DNA of 64,000 nucleotides, from NCBI GenBank assembly GCA_965224705.1, contig OZ245056.1, positions 2,272,001-2,336,000 on the forward strand, in the 5' to 3' direction. The notes under the pieces are model-generated. The model worked only from the letters and a program-made list of their open reading frames with translations, was not told the origin of the DNA and made no database searches. Made by a program: the position numbers and the translations under genes. Origin of the DNA: Spirochaetaceae bacterium. GTDB taxonomy: Bacteria > Spirochaetota > Spirochaetia > DSM-2461. Shown here in pieces: positions 42,568 through 51,716 of this stretch. The number at the start of each line of letters is the position of its first letter. The stretch's first letter is position 1.

Positions 42568-43461
42568 TTATATCTCAACACCCAGAACCTTACGTACCAG
42601 TATTCCGATCCCGAATGACAAACTGGCAACACCAAGACTTATGCCGGCCATTTCAAAGAAATGCCTATGGAATGGAATGCTTTTTGTCACTGAAATATAG
42701 AGATTGAAAACAAGAATGATAATAATGGATGCTGTTAACGTCAGGATAAGAGCCAGAATGTAGCTGGATATCAGTAAATAAGGAAGGACCAGGATGATAA
42801 CAGTTAGAATGTAGGCAACACCGGTATAGAGCGCCGCTTTTCCAGCCTTTCCCACTGTAGCAGTCTTCTCTTTTGTACGATGAGCAAGAAACTCTGAGGA
42901 TGCCATGGATAATGATGCCGCAATGCCGGTGATAAGACCGGAGAGAGCGATTAATCTGGTATTTCGAAAAGCAAATGTAAGACCAGCCAGAGCACCAGTA
43001 AGCTCTATCAATGCATCATTCAACCCCAATACAATGGAGCCGACATAGTCCAGAATTTTTTCTTCAAGCATCTTTATCAGTTCCTGCTCATGGAGTTCCT
43101 CGTCTTCCATAATTGTTTTGAGAGCAGGATAACTATCAATAACTCCTTTATAAGATGACTGAACAGTGTTTTCAATTTTCTCAAGCATTTTTAATGTGAA
43201 AGTGATACCCAGTATTCGGGATGTCATGATAACCAGCCAGGCGTATAACCGCTGTGGATTCAGATGAGTCTTTGTGTATTCTTTGAGAGTTCCATAGTGG
43301 TTCTGTTCCTCCCGGGCAATTCTGGCCAGGATATCTGAATTATGCTTCTCCTTAACTCTTTTCGAGAGTCTTTCATATATCAATGCCGCTGTAGCTTCAT
43401 CTCTTTGAAACTTCTTGAGAATGGCAATGTCTTTTTTGCTCGGGGTTGGAATCGAGTTCAC
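42568..43461 (-). CDS. Rubrerythrin-like domain fused to a VIT1/CCC1 metal transporter
   Basis: N-terminal EEQNH/DEELH ferritin-like motifs; VLGLNDAL and ASLSMASSEFL VIT1 motifs. Confidence 0.88.
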   Translation of the reverse strand: MNSIPTPSKKDIAILKKFQRDEATAALIYERLSKRVKEKHNSDILARIAREEQNHYGTLKEYTKTHLNPQRLYAWLVIMTSRILGITFTLKMLEKIENTVQSSYKGVIDSYPALKTIMEDEELHEQELIKMLEEKILDYVGSIVLGLNDALIELTGALAGLTFAFRNTRLIALSGLITGIAASLSMASSEFLAHRTKEKTATVGKAGKAALYTGVAYILTVIILVLPYLLISSYILALILTLTASIIIILVFNLYISVTKSIPFHRHFFEMAGISLGVASLSFGIGILVRKVLGVEI

Positions 43462-46289
43462 TTGGTTTCCATTCTATAGACTCCATCCCAGTTGCCGGGA
43501 GGCGGATTGTCCCTGTACTGTATGCAGCGGCTGATAAAAACTTTGGATGGACCATCGTTCGGCAGTTGTCTCAGAATTTTTCTAAATAATGCCTGCGCTT
43601 CATCCCATTGGCAGTCATAGAAGAGTTCCAGACCCTGGTGGTAAAGCTCAAAACATTTTTTTTGAGTGACTGTGTAGCCTCCCATGTAATCCTTATGGTA
43701 GCACAATTCATAGCAGGTAACAGGCTTTTCTTTTCCCATAACACGAATTCTGTCGAGGTGTCGAGTGATGAAATCGCCGCGAATAGCTTCTTCTGTGGAA
43801 CTACTGATTAGAACTTGAGTGTTATACTGTTTATTGACACCTTCAAGCCGTGCGGCCAGATTCATCTCATCCCCAAGAGCCGTATAGTCCTTTCTTTTAT
43901 TTGTACCGATGAATCCTACATTGTTGATACCCGTATTAATACCCATCCTGGTAAAGATTTGTCCATGAGGAAGACGTGAAAGAATCTCATCATCCAGCAA
44001 TCCTGATTCAATGAGGTCTTTGTTTATTTCCCTTTCCAATTGAACCATTCTCATGGCGGCACGGCAGGCTCTTACCGGGTGATCATCCTGGCTGATGGGG
44101 GCATTCCAGAAGGCTATAATGGCATCACCTTCGTATTTATCGATAGTTCCCAGCTCTTCAAGGATGACATCACTCATGGGAGTCAGGTATTGCTTGATGA
44201 ATTCAAACAACTTATCCGATGAACCTAAATGTTCTGAAATCGTAGAAAACTTCTCTATATCGGAAAACATTGCAGTGATGGATCGGTTATCACCGCTCAT
44301 ATTCAGCATGTCCGGGTTATCCTGTATCTCCTTCACAACATCAGGGGATATTATCTGCCCAAAGGCGTTCTGTATGAATGCTTTTTCCTTAGAAGTTGCC
44401 AGGAAATTTCCTACAAGAGTTTGAAGGTAGACTGTCAGCAAAGTAAGTATGAGGGGCAATAGATAGAAATAAACGCCTGTAAGAGCAAAGAAGAGGCCTC
44501 CTGCACCAACAATAATCAATATATACAATGCACCAAGTATTGTATTCAGACCGGAGTTTTTCTTGCTGATATTGGTGATGGGGACTGCACCGAGACCGGC
44601 AATGAGAATCACAATAAAACATATCCACAAAGGAATTTCCTTAAGAAACTGACCTTCCAGGAGGGAATTGTACAACACTCCATAGATACCCATGTTCATG
44701 TATCTTTTTTCAAAGGGATTGGCCCCATAATCTGTTGTGCTTGTGCCTGTATATCCTGTAATTACTACTGCATCTTCCAATCGGTTTCGAAGGTGTTTTC
44801 TGTAAATCTGGACTTCGTCCAGAATAGTGCGGGTTTCGGAGAATAGGTAACCGACTGTATTTCTGAGTTCAACAAAGGAACTCAAGTTCTCACCGGGTGT
44901 CTCTGGATTATTGATTATGCTGTCCAGTTCATTATTGGCAATTTCTTCTGCATTCCCGTTGTAGAAACGCATGGCTGTTTCTATGAACTCATCGCGATAT
45001 TGACCCAACTCCGGAGCTCTTGCTCCATCCCCTCTGCCCAGCATCTCCCTCTGCATTGTCTCTAAATCCGTAATCATTGAACTCAGAGGTGCAGCGGTAT
45101 CTCCATAGACATCTGAAGTGATGCCGGTCCCTTCCAGTTCATTTATGAAGTTTGAAAGATCCCCGAGGAGAAGGTCGTGGTAGTAAAGATATAAAAAAGA
45201 CAGCCGATGGTCTGGATTTGAAGAGTCGAAATCCTTTGCCTGCCTGCGGTTCAGTGGAGTGCCGTCGTAATTTCTTTTGGGCCAGTTGAGCAGCATTTTT
45301 CCTCTCTGATCAAGTGGTATGCTCAGATTTCCTGCTTCTATACGTTTGGAGTAGACAGTAATGGGCGGCTTGCCCGCTCTTACCCACCAGGTTCCGAATC
45401 CCAAATTTGTGTAGTACTTATCACCCTGCCGGTAGATAAGGTCAACACGTCGGCGTGTTCCATCCGCATCAATGTAGCTTCGCGGAAAACCTGCCCATCT
45501 GGAAGACTGGATAATGGGCATTATAGCTGGCTGTATCTCGACTGCTGAATCAAATTGATTATCCTGAAAAGTCAGGTCATCCTTAAAAGTCAAATAGTCA
45601 TTGATACTGACATTGGTTTCAGTCCACTGTCTGAGTTCCTCAGAGATTGTTTCATCCCTGTCATTGACCATGTTTACCGTTGCTGTAACGTTACCAAGAT
45701 AGGCAAGTGCCTGAGCAAGGTATTCATCTTTTGAAAATGTGAGTTTGTCTATGTCTTCAATAATCCTGTCGACCGTATCCCAACCAGCCTGTTTAAGCTC
45801 CTCAAGGTATTCCAATGCCTGATTTCGAGTAATCTGCCTATTGAGAATGAGATTGACCAGTTGTTCCTGGTTATCTGTCAGGTTGGATACATTGTTTTCA
45901 ATACTGTTGATCAATCCATAGTCTTTCCAGTCATTATTGATACCATCTTCACTGCTGTCCACGAATTCAATATCCAGCATAACCCATGCCGGTGCAAATT
46001 CTGAGGCAAGAATCATGCCATCGGCGAAGACTTCACGGGGAAGAGGATATGAGTTCACCTCTGTAATAGTCTGATCATCAATTTCAAGAAGGAGAATTCT
46101 GTTTTCTTCTGCAATGGGCTTTTTCAGGTGGAGTAGAAAATCGAAGAAACGATTATCGATAGACTTGAGGAGTCCCTTGCCCTGTCCTTCAATCTGTTTT
46201 TTATAATTGGACTGGTTTGTGAAAATGATACCGGTAAAAACAAATGCCGCCAGTAGAGCCGTGCCGATAGAAACAAGTCTACGCTTCAT
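43458..46289 (-). CDS. CHASE2-domain class III adenylate cyclase with a C-terminal TPR-like tail
   Basis: IDDQT and DADGTRRR CHASE2 motifs, 3 TM helices, FSDIEKFST, DKYEGDA and YTALGDEMNLAARLEG; ATG 46289 after AGGAG. Confidence 0.88.
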   Translation of the reverse strand: MKRRLVSIGTALLAAFVFTGIIFTNQSNYKKQIEGQGKGLLKSIDNRFFDFLLHLKKPIAEENRILLLEIDDQTITEVNSYPLPREVFADGMILASEFAPAWVMLDIEFVDSSEDGINNDWKDYGLINSIENNVSNLTDNQEQLVNLILNRQITRNQALEYLEELKQAGWDTVDRIIEDIDKLTFSKDEYLAQALAYLGNVTATVNMVNDRDETISEELRQWTETNVSINDYLTFKDDLTFQDNQFDSAVEIQPAIMPIIQSSRWAGFPRSYIDADGTRRRVDLIYRQGDKYYTNLGFGTWWVRAGKPPITVYSKRIEAGNLSIPLDQRGKMLLNWPKRNYDGTPLNRRQAKDFDSSNPDHRLSFLYLYYHDLLLGDLSNFINELEGTGITSDVYGDTAAPLSSMITDLETMQREMLGRGDGARAPELGQYRDEFIETAMRFYNGNAEEIANNELDSIINNPETPGENLSSFVELRNTVGYLFSETRTILDEVQIYRKHLRNRLEDAVVITGYTGTSTTDYGANPFEKRYMNMGIYGVLYNSLLEGQFLKEIPLWICFIVILIAGLGAVPITNISKKNSGLNTILGALYILIIVGAGGLFFALTGVYFYLLPLILTLLTVYLQTLVGNFLATSKEKAFIQNAFGQIISPDVVKEIQDNPDMLNMSGDNRSITAMFSDIEKFSTISEHLGSSDKLFEFIKQYLTPMSDVILEELGTIDKYEGDAIIAFWNAPISQDDHPVRACRAAMRMVQLEREINKDLIESGLLDDEILSRLPHGQIFTRMGINTGINNVGFIGTNKRKDYTALGDEMNLAARLEGVNKQYNTQVLISSSTEEAIRGDFITRHLDRIRVMGKEKPVTCYELCYHKDYMGGYTVTQKKCFELYHQGLELFYDCQWDEAQALFRKILRQLPNDGPSKVFISRCIQYRDNPPPGNWDGVYRMETK

Positions 46290-46427
46290 GGGATTTTCTC
46301 CTGCTGTATATTCAGTGATTATAATCTGATCTGCAGCAGTTAATCCAGTCCCTGAAGAAATCAAATGCACTCAAACCAAAATGAAAGCCTGAACCTCTAT
46401 CCCCTAATACTGAAGAATACTTGCGAG

Positions 46428-46454
46428 TAAAGTCATCGTTCAGAATACCGATTA
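46428..46454 (+). promoter_or_regulatory. Candidate sigma28 (FliA) promoter for flgF-flgG-flgJ
   Basis: TAAA-N15-ACCGATTA versus consensus TAAA-N15-GCCGATAA. Confidence 0.6.
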
Positions 46455-46497
46455 TTAATAAGAGAGAATGGCCATCCGGTTATTCTGGAGGGGATGT

Positions 46498-47304
46498 GTG
46501 ATTAGAGGATTATATACTGGAGCCAGTGGGATGCGGGCTCAGGAACACAGACTTGATGCATTATCAAACAATCTTGCCAATGTTGATCTCAGTGGGTACA
46601 AAAGGGATATTTCGGTTCATAAGGCCTTTCCAGAACTGCTTATACGCCGATTTGATGATAATGGAGAATACAGGTTCCCTCTGGGAAGTGTGGATACATC
46701 ACCAGCAGTTGGAAAACTGGGGATGGGAGTTGAATACAATGAATCCTATACCGTATTCGAGCAAGGATCGCTGAAAGCTACGGAAAACTTCTTTGATCTT
46801 GCTCTGGATGATGAAGGTTTTTTTACAATAGATACTCCCCGAGGATTGAGATACACCCGAAACGGTTCGTTCTGGCTGGGTAAGGAACAGATCCTTGAAA
46901 CTAAAGATGGTTATCCTGTTATGGGTGAGAATGGCATCATCCGTATTACGGAGGATAGGGTTACCATAGACAAGCTTGGCCGGGTGTGGCAGACGGCTGA
47001 GGGTTCGGTGGAACCTGAACTGATTGATAGTATAAAGGTCGTGGGATTTGCCCGTTCCAGATTTCTTAGAAAGGAAGGAAACAGTTTCTGGGCTGCTCAA
47101 GAACGTTCAGGTCCGGCTGAGGATTTACTCGGTGTGGCCAGACCCGGTGTACTACAGGGATTCCTTGAAGGATCGAATGTTAATCCGGTATCAGAAATGG
47201 TCAATATGATTGAGGTTAACAGAGCTTATGAGGCTAACCAGAAAGTCATAGGAACTCAAGACAGCATGTTGAATCGTCTGATTAACCAGGCCGTAAAGTA
47301 TTAG
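46498..47304 (+). CDS. flgF: Flagellar basal-body rod protein FlgF (FlgF/FlgG family)
   Basis: SNNLANV, YTRNGSF and LEGSNVNPVSEMV motifs; GTG 46498 after GGAGGGG. Confidence 0.82.
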   Translation: MIRGLYTGASGMRAQEHRLDALSNNLANVDLSGYKRDISVHKAFPELLIRRFDDNGEYRFPLGSVDTSPAVGKLGMGVEYNESYTVFEQGSLKATENFFDLALDDEGFFTIDTPRGLRYTRNGSFWLGKEQILETKDGYPVMGENGIIRITEDRVTIDKLGRVWQTAEGSVEPELIDSIKVVGFARSRFLRKEGNSFWAAQERSGPAEDLLGVARPGVLQGFLEGSNVNPVSEMVNMIEVNRAYEANQKVIGTQDSMLNRLINQAVKY

Positions 47305-47317
47305 GAGGGGTAGAATA

Positions 47318-48115
47318 ATGATGCGTTCACTCTGGACTGCTGCAACAGGAATGAATGGGCAGCAGTATAACATAGATGCGATTTCCAATAACTTATCGAA
47401 TGTGAATACCACGGGATATAAGCAGGTGAGAGTGGATTTTGAAGATCTCATCTACCTGAATTCCCGTATAGCCGGTACTCCGGCAACTGAACGGACGGTT
47501 ACACCCACCGGGATTCAAGTCGGACATGGTGTTCGTGTTGGTGCCTCACAAAGAATTTTCACACAGGGCAGCCCCAGAGCAACGGATTCTCTCAGTGATG
47601 TGGCCGTTATGGGAGAGGGGTTTTTTCGAATACTGAATATGGATGGAAGCTTCGGCTATACCCGGGATGGGGCGTTCATGATCGATGCCAATGGCCAATT
47701 TGTAACATCCAGCGGATACCGGCTCATGCCTGAATTGATTCTTCCTGTCAATTTCATTCCTGAGAGCTTATCCGTGAGCCAGCAGGGGCAGGTTACGGTT
47801 AAGCTCCCCGATCAGGACGATGCGATAACAGTGGGACAGATAAATCTATACCGTTTTGTCAATCCGGCAGGACTCCAGGCAATTGGAGAGAATCTCTTTG
47901 TGGAAACAGCCGCTTCGGGAGAGGCTGTACAGGGTCGGCCTGGTGAAGATGATATGGGGAAGCTGCTTCACAAATTTCTGGAGAGTTCCAATGTATCAGT
48001 GGTGAAGGAAATGGTTGGTATGATTGTTGCTCAGCGGGCCTATGAACTCAATTCCAAATCCATCCAGACATCCGACAGTATGCTGGGGATTGCCAACAAT
48101 CTCAAGCGAGGATGA
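47318..48115 (+). CDS. flgG: Flagellar basal-body distal rod protein FlgG
   Basis: MRSLWTAATGM, FEDLIY, YTRDGAF and AQRAYELNSK motifs. Confidence 0.95.
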   Translation: MMRSLWTAATGMNGQQYNIDAISNNLSNVNTTGYKQVRVDFEDLIYLNSRIAGTPATERTVTPTGIQVGHGVRVGASQRIFTQGSPRATDSLSDVAVMGEGFFRILNMDGSFGYTRDGAFMIDANGQFVTSSGYRLMPELILPVNFIPESLSVSQQGQVTVKLPDQDDAITVGQINLYRFVNPAGLQAIGENLFVETAASGEAVQGRPGEDDMGKLLHKFLESSNVSVVKEMVGMIVAQRAYELNSKSIQTSDSMLGIANNLKRG

Positions 48116-48474
48116 AACTGATGACAACTCATTCATTACTAACCGCCCAATCAGGGGCGTATAAAACTGCAGCTCAGACTACACAACTCAATAATTTCAT
48201 CAGACGCACTGAATCAAGTGACGAAGCGGAACTGAGAAAAGTATGCGATGATTTTGAAGCCTTATTTGTCAAAATGATGCTGGATTCCATGCGTGAGACA
48301 CTGAATGATAACAGTTTGATTCCAAAGAATGCCAGCGAAAAAATGTTTGAAGAGCAGCTATTTGATGAGTACGCTCAGAAAATAGGAAAAACTGCTGATT
48401 TTGGAATTGCAGATATCATGTATAATCAGATGTCCGTGGGTATTCCAGGCAGCAGAGTCAATCTCAGTAGCTGA
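48112..48474 (+). CDS. flgJ: Short FlgJ, rod-binding domain only (no muramidase domain)
   Basis: LRKVCDDFEALFVKMMLDSMR and GIADIMYNQM motifs; coupled to flgG. Confidence 0.85.
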   Translation: MKLMTTHSLLTAQSGAYKTAAQTTQLNNFIRRTESSDEAELRKVCDDFEALFVKMMLDSMRETLNDNSLIPKNASEKMFEEQLFDEYAQKIGKTADFGIADIMYNQMSVGIPGSRVNLSS

Positions 48475-48613
48475 TTGTGTAGAATTAATAAACTCCAATA
48501 TAGTATCTAAAAGTATACATTTTTGATATTTGCTTCGGCACAGAACAGAATAATGCCTGACTATTCGATATAAACAGTGGAATTATTTGCATTACAGGTA
48601 TTCTGGCAATGAA

Positions 48614-48630
48614 TTGGCACGATAATTGCT
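48614..48630 (+). promoter_or_regulatory. sigma54 (-24/-12) promoter for the sigma factor gene
   Basis: TTGGCACGATAATTGCT matches TGGCAC-N5-TTGC(A/T). Confidence 0.8.
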
Positions 48631-48641
48631 AAGAATACACT

Positions 48642-49364
48642 ATGACTGAGAAAAAGAGTAAAAATTACATTTCGGATTCCAATCTACAGACATATTTTCG
48701 CGAGATCAGCCAATATGAGCTTCTGACATATGAGGATGAGCTGGACTGTTCCCGCCGAATTGAAAAAGGACAGAAGGAGGCATTAAACAAACTGATTAAT
48801 GCCAATCTCCGTATGGTTGTTACAATTGCAAGAAAGTATGCTAATCGGGAAATGAGTCTTCTGGACATGATTCAGGAAGGAAACTATGGGCTGGTCAAAG
48901 CGGCACGGAAGTATGATTACCGTGAGAAAGTACGGTTCAGCACATATGCATACTGCTGGATAAAACAGGCGATTAAGAGTGCTGTCAAGAAGAACTCTTT
49001 TCCAAAAGGGAGCAAAAAAACATTAAAATCTCAACCGTCTGTTGTGTCCTTATACACAGAATTAAACCAGGACAGAATTGCCGTCATTGATGCGATTCCT
49101 GATCAATCCTACAATCCGCCTGATGAAGAGTTTGTTGAAGGGCATGTAAAAGAAGATACGCATAGATTTTTAAACGTACTTCGTGAGAAGGAAAAGAAGA
49201 TCCTCATGTATCGATTTGCTCTGACCGGAGATAAGAAACACACATTGCGATCAATCGGCGAAAAAATGGGGATCTCCCCGGAAGGTGTTCGTCAGATTGA
49301 AATTCGTGCCTTACAGAAGCTTCGATTCAAAGCACATCCAATGCGAAGTTATTTTTATAAATAG
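48642..49364 (+). CDS. Alternative sigma70-family factor, RpoS-like (regions 1.2, 2 and 4; region 3 largely missing)
   Basis: LQTYFREI, NLRMVV, DMIQEGNYGL, RFSTYAYCWIKQAI and TLRSIG...VRQIEIRALQKLR motifs. Confidence 0.88.
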   Translation: MTEKKSKNYISDSNLQTYFREISQYELLTYEDELDCSRRIEKGQKEALNKLINANLRMVVTIARKYANREMSLLDMIQEGNYGLVKAARKYDYREKVRFSTYAYCWIKQAIKSAVKKNSFPKGSKKTLKSQPSVVSLYTELNQDRIAVIDAIPDQSYNPPDEEFVEGHVKEDTHRFLNVLREKEKKILMYRFALTGDKKHTLRSIGEKMGISPEGVRQIEIRALQKLRFKAHPMRSYFYK

Positions 49365-49545
49365 TGACTCCACGCCCTGAGCAGACATGGTTGAGGGTAC
49401 TTTTGAGAAATCTGATGGATTCAGAATTCATGGTTTCCAGCCACCTCAGTTATGCCTGCTCTGCAATAGATAGAAATCCCTCAACAGGGTTTCAAAAAGG
49501 GTTTTTTTGAGCAGCCCTTGAGTTCCCGAGGAACTTCTGCATATC

Positions 49546-50571
49546 ATGTCCAGTATGAATATACTGGGAATAGAAACCAGTTGTGATGAATGCTCTATTG
49601 CTGTTGTTAAAGACGGCAGAAAGATACTTTCAAACATTGTCGCAACCCAGGTTGAACGCCATGCTCCATGGAATGGAGTTGTTCCGGAAATCGCTTCAAG
49701 ACTTCATACTGAATGGATTGATGAGGTTTGCTCCAGAGCCCTGAATCAATCTGGACTGACTCTGGACGATGGAATTGACGGCATAGCTGTTACGACTCGT
49801 CCAGGACTCATTGGTTCCCTCTTAATTGGACTATCGTATGCGAAGGGTTTGGCCTGGTCTGCATCTAAACCATGGGTGGGAGTTGACCACATAATGGCCC
49901 ATCTGTATGCTCCCCATCTGGAGTATGATATAGACTATCCATATCTTGGTCTTATCGTCTCTGGAGGACATACAATTATTTGTGTCGTGAAATCCATGGA
50001 TGACATTGAAATTCTTGGCACAACGATTGATGATGCATGTGGCGAAGCCTTTGACAAGGTTGCAAGACATTTTGATATGGGATATCCCGGCGGAGTGTTC
50101 CTTGACCGTCTCGCTGAAAACGGGGATGATGGGGCTTATCGATTCCCAATGCCAAAACTGCGAAAAGGAGACCACCGCTATGATGTCTCATATTCAGGCC
50201 TTAAAACAGCAGTGGTCAACCAGCTTTCACGGTTTCGAGTCAGTGGAGTTCAGGATAAGCGGGAAGATGTTGCCGCTTCCTTCAGAAAGGCCGCTATCGA
50301 TATTCTGGTGGAGCGAATAGATTGCGCCGTCGAGGATACCGGTATTAATCGGCTTGTTGCAGGTGGTGGTGTATCGGCCAACCGCTACCTCCGCCGCGTT
50401 CTCAATGCCAGAGCCAGACTTGAAACATATTTTTCATCATTGGAACTATGCACAGACAATGGTGCCATGATTGCTGGATTGGGATATCATCACATAGTTA
50501 ATGGCAGGCGAAGTGAGTTAAGTCTTAATGCAGCTCCCAGAGTTGCAGGTTTCCGACGGCCATATCCGTGA
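49546..50571 (+). CDS. tsaD: tRNA threonylcarbamoyltransferase subunit TsaD
   Basis: LGIETSCDE, GVVPEIASRLH, HIMAH and CTDNGAMIA motifs. Confidence 0.96.
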   Translation: MSSMNILGIETSCDECSIAVVKDGRKILSNIVATQVERHAPWNGVVPEIASRLHTEWIDEVCSRALNQSGLTLDDGIDGIAVTTRPGLIGSLLIGLSYAKGLAWSASKPWVGVDHIMAHLYAPHLEYDIDYPYLGLIVSGGHTIICVVKSMDDIEILGTTIDDACGEAFDKVARHFDMGYPGGVFLDRLAENGDDGAYRFPMPKLRKGDHRYDVSYSGLKTAVVNQLSRFRVSGVQDKREDVAASFRKAAIDILVERIDCAVEDTGINRLVAGGGVSANRYLRRVLNARARLETYFSSLELCTDNGAMIAGLGYHHIVNGRRSELSLNAAPRVAGFRRPYP

Positions 50572-50590
50572 AATAAGAAAGGATTATACA

Positions 50591-51139
50591 ATGAGTCAGG
50601 ATTTCAATCTCGATAAAGTTATCCGTAAAATACCTGATTATCCAAAAAAGGGCATACTCTTCTTTGACATAACAAGTATTTTGATGAATCCAGAGGCTTA
50701 TCATTACTGCATAGATAGAATGGTGGAATTCTACAAAGGTACTGACATCGCAGCGGTTGCCGGCATAGAGTCGAGGGGATTTCTTTTTGCTTCACCTCTG
50801 GCAGACCATTTAGGCATACCTTTAATTCTTGTCAGGAAGGCTGGAAAACTGCCCGGAGAAGTTTATCATCAGGACTATCTACTGGAATATGGTGATGCCG
50901 CAGTTGAAATTCATAAGAGTGATGTCCCGAAGGGAGGTCATGTTTTGCTCATTGATGATCTTATTGCCACCGGGGGAACGCTGAAAGCTTCAAGAACTCT
51001 TCTTGAACAGGGTGGTGCAACGGTCAGAAATGTGTTCGGAGTCATAGGGTTACCCTTTTTGAATTTCCAGAAAAATCTACCGGGAATAGATGTTGTGACC
51101 CTGATTGATTATCATGATGAAGTGATGACGATGGAGTAG
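50591..51139 (+). CDS. apt: Adenine phosphoribosyltransferase
   Basis: GIESRGF, RKAGKLP, LEYG and IDDLIATGGT motifs; ATG 50591. Confidence 0.95.
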   Translation: MSQDFNLDKVIRKIPDYPKKGILFFDITSILMNPEAYHYCIDRMVEFYKGTDIAAVAGIESRGFLFASPLADHLGIPLILVRKAGKLPGEVYHQDYLLEYGDAAVEIHKSDVPKGGHVLLIDDLIATGGTLKASRTLLEQGGATVRNVFGVIGLPFLNFQKNLPGIDVVTLIDYHDEVMTME

Positions 51140-51148
51140 TCCTCCATC

Positions 51149-51177
51149 TTGACCAGATTTCATTTTGGGGTTAGTTT
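51149..51177 (+). promoter_or_regulatory. Candidate sigma70 promoter for the tRNA pair
   Basis: TTGACC-N17-TAGTTT, 16 nt before tRNA-Gln. Confidence 0.5.
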
Positions 51178-51193
51178 TTCAAACAGATATTAA

Positions 51194-51265
51194 TTCCCGG
51201 TAGTGTAATTGGTAACACTGCAGATTCTGGTTCTGCCTTTGGGGGTTCGAGTCCTCCCCGGGAAG
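51194..51265 (+). tRNA. tRNA-Gln(CTG)
   Basis: TTCCCGG/CCGGGAA acceptor, GCAGA-TTCTGGT-TCTGC anticodon arm, GGTTCGAGTCC. Confidence 0.93.
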
Positions 51266-51274
51266 CAATAATCT

Positions 51275-51346
51275 GGTCCCTTCGTCTAACGGTCAGGACA
51301 GGAGATTCTCATTCTTCAAATAGGGGTTCGATTCCCCTAGGGACTA
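51275..51346 (+). tRNA. tRNA-Glu(CTC)
   Basis: GGTCCCT/AGGGACT acceptor, GGAGA-TTCTCAT-TCTTC anticodon arm, GGTTCGATTCC. Confidence 0.93.
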
Positions 51347-51486
51347 TTGTTTATGTATGCCGGATCTGCATACCGAACAATTCCGGATTCCATTTTGAAC
51401 CCACCGGTCAGGAAGAACCAGCATTGTGAAAGTTGGGGAGGATAGGCGGGTCATCATATCCGATCGTTGAACAGACTCGTCGGAAC

Positions 51487-51714
51487 TCACTCAACCAGGG
51501 TTAGATGATGAGAACTCTTTTTTGGTGTATCAAGAGAATACACAATGCACCTGGCATCTTCCTCGTGCTGTTTTATCAGAATGCGCCTTCCACCATATTC
51601 TGACTCCACCTTCACGAGAACCCGGCCGCTGTCATCATTGCTTACTTCAAGAATCAAACCATTTCCGGCTATTTCAACCAGTTTCTTCCTGTCTAAATCA
51701 ATACGCTTCGCCAT
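51487..51714 (-). CDS. Small hypothetical protein (75 aa) immediately downstream of proB
   Basis: AGGGAG SD inside the proB 3' end with ATG at 51714 (or GTG 51720 overlapping the stop); protein-like composition. Confidence 0.6.
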   Translation of the reverse strand: MAKRIDLDRKKLVEIAGNGLILEVSNDDSGRVLVKVESEYGGRRILIKQHEEDARCIVYSLDTPKKSSHHLTLVE

Positions 51715-51716
51715 AT

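Noticed and set aside
51347..51486. Integrative element attachment at tRNA-Glu/Gln
   Set aside because: No duplicated tRNA 3' end and no integrase seen; only a short hairpin (GTATGC/GCATAC) follows the tRNAs.
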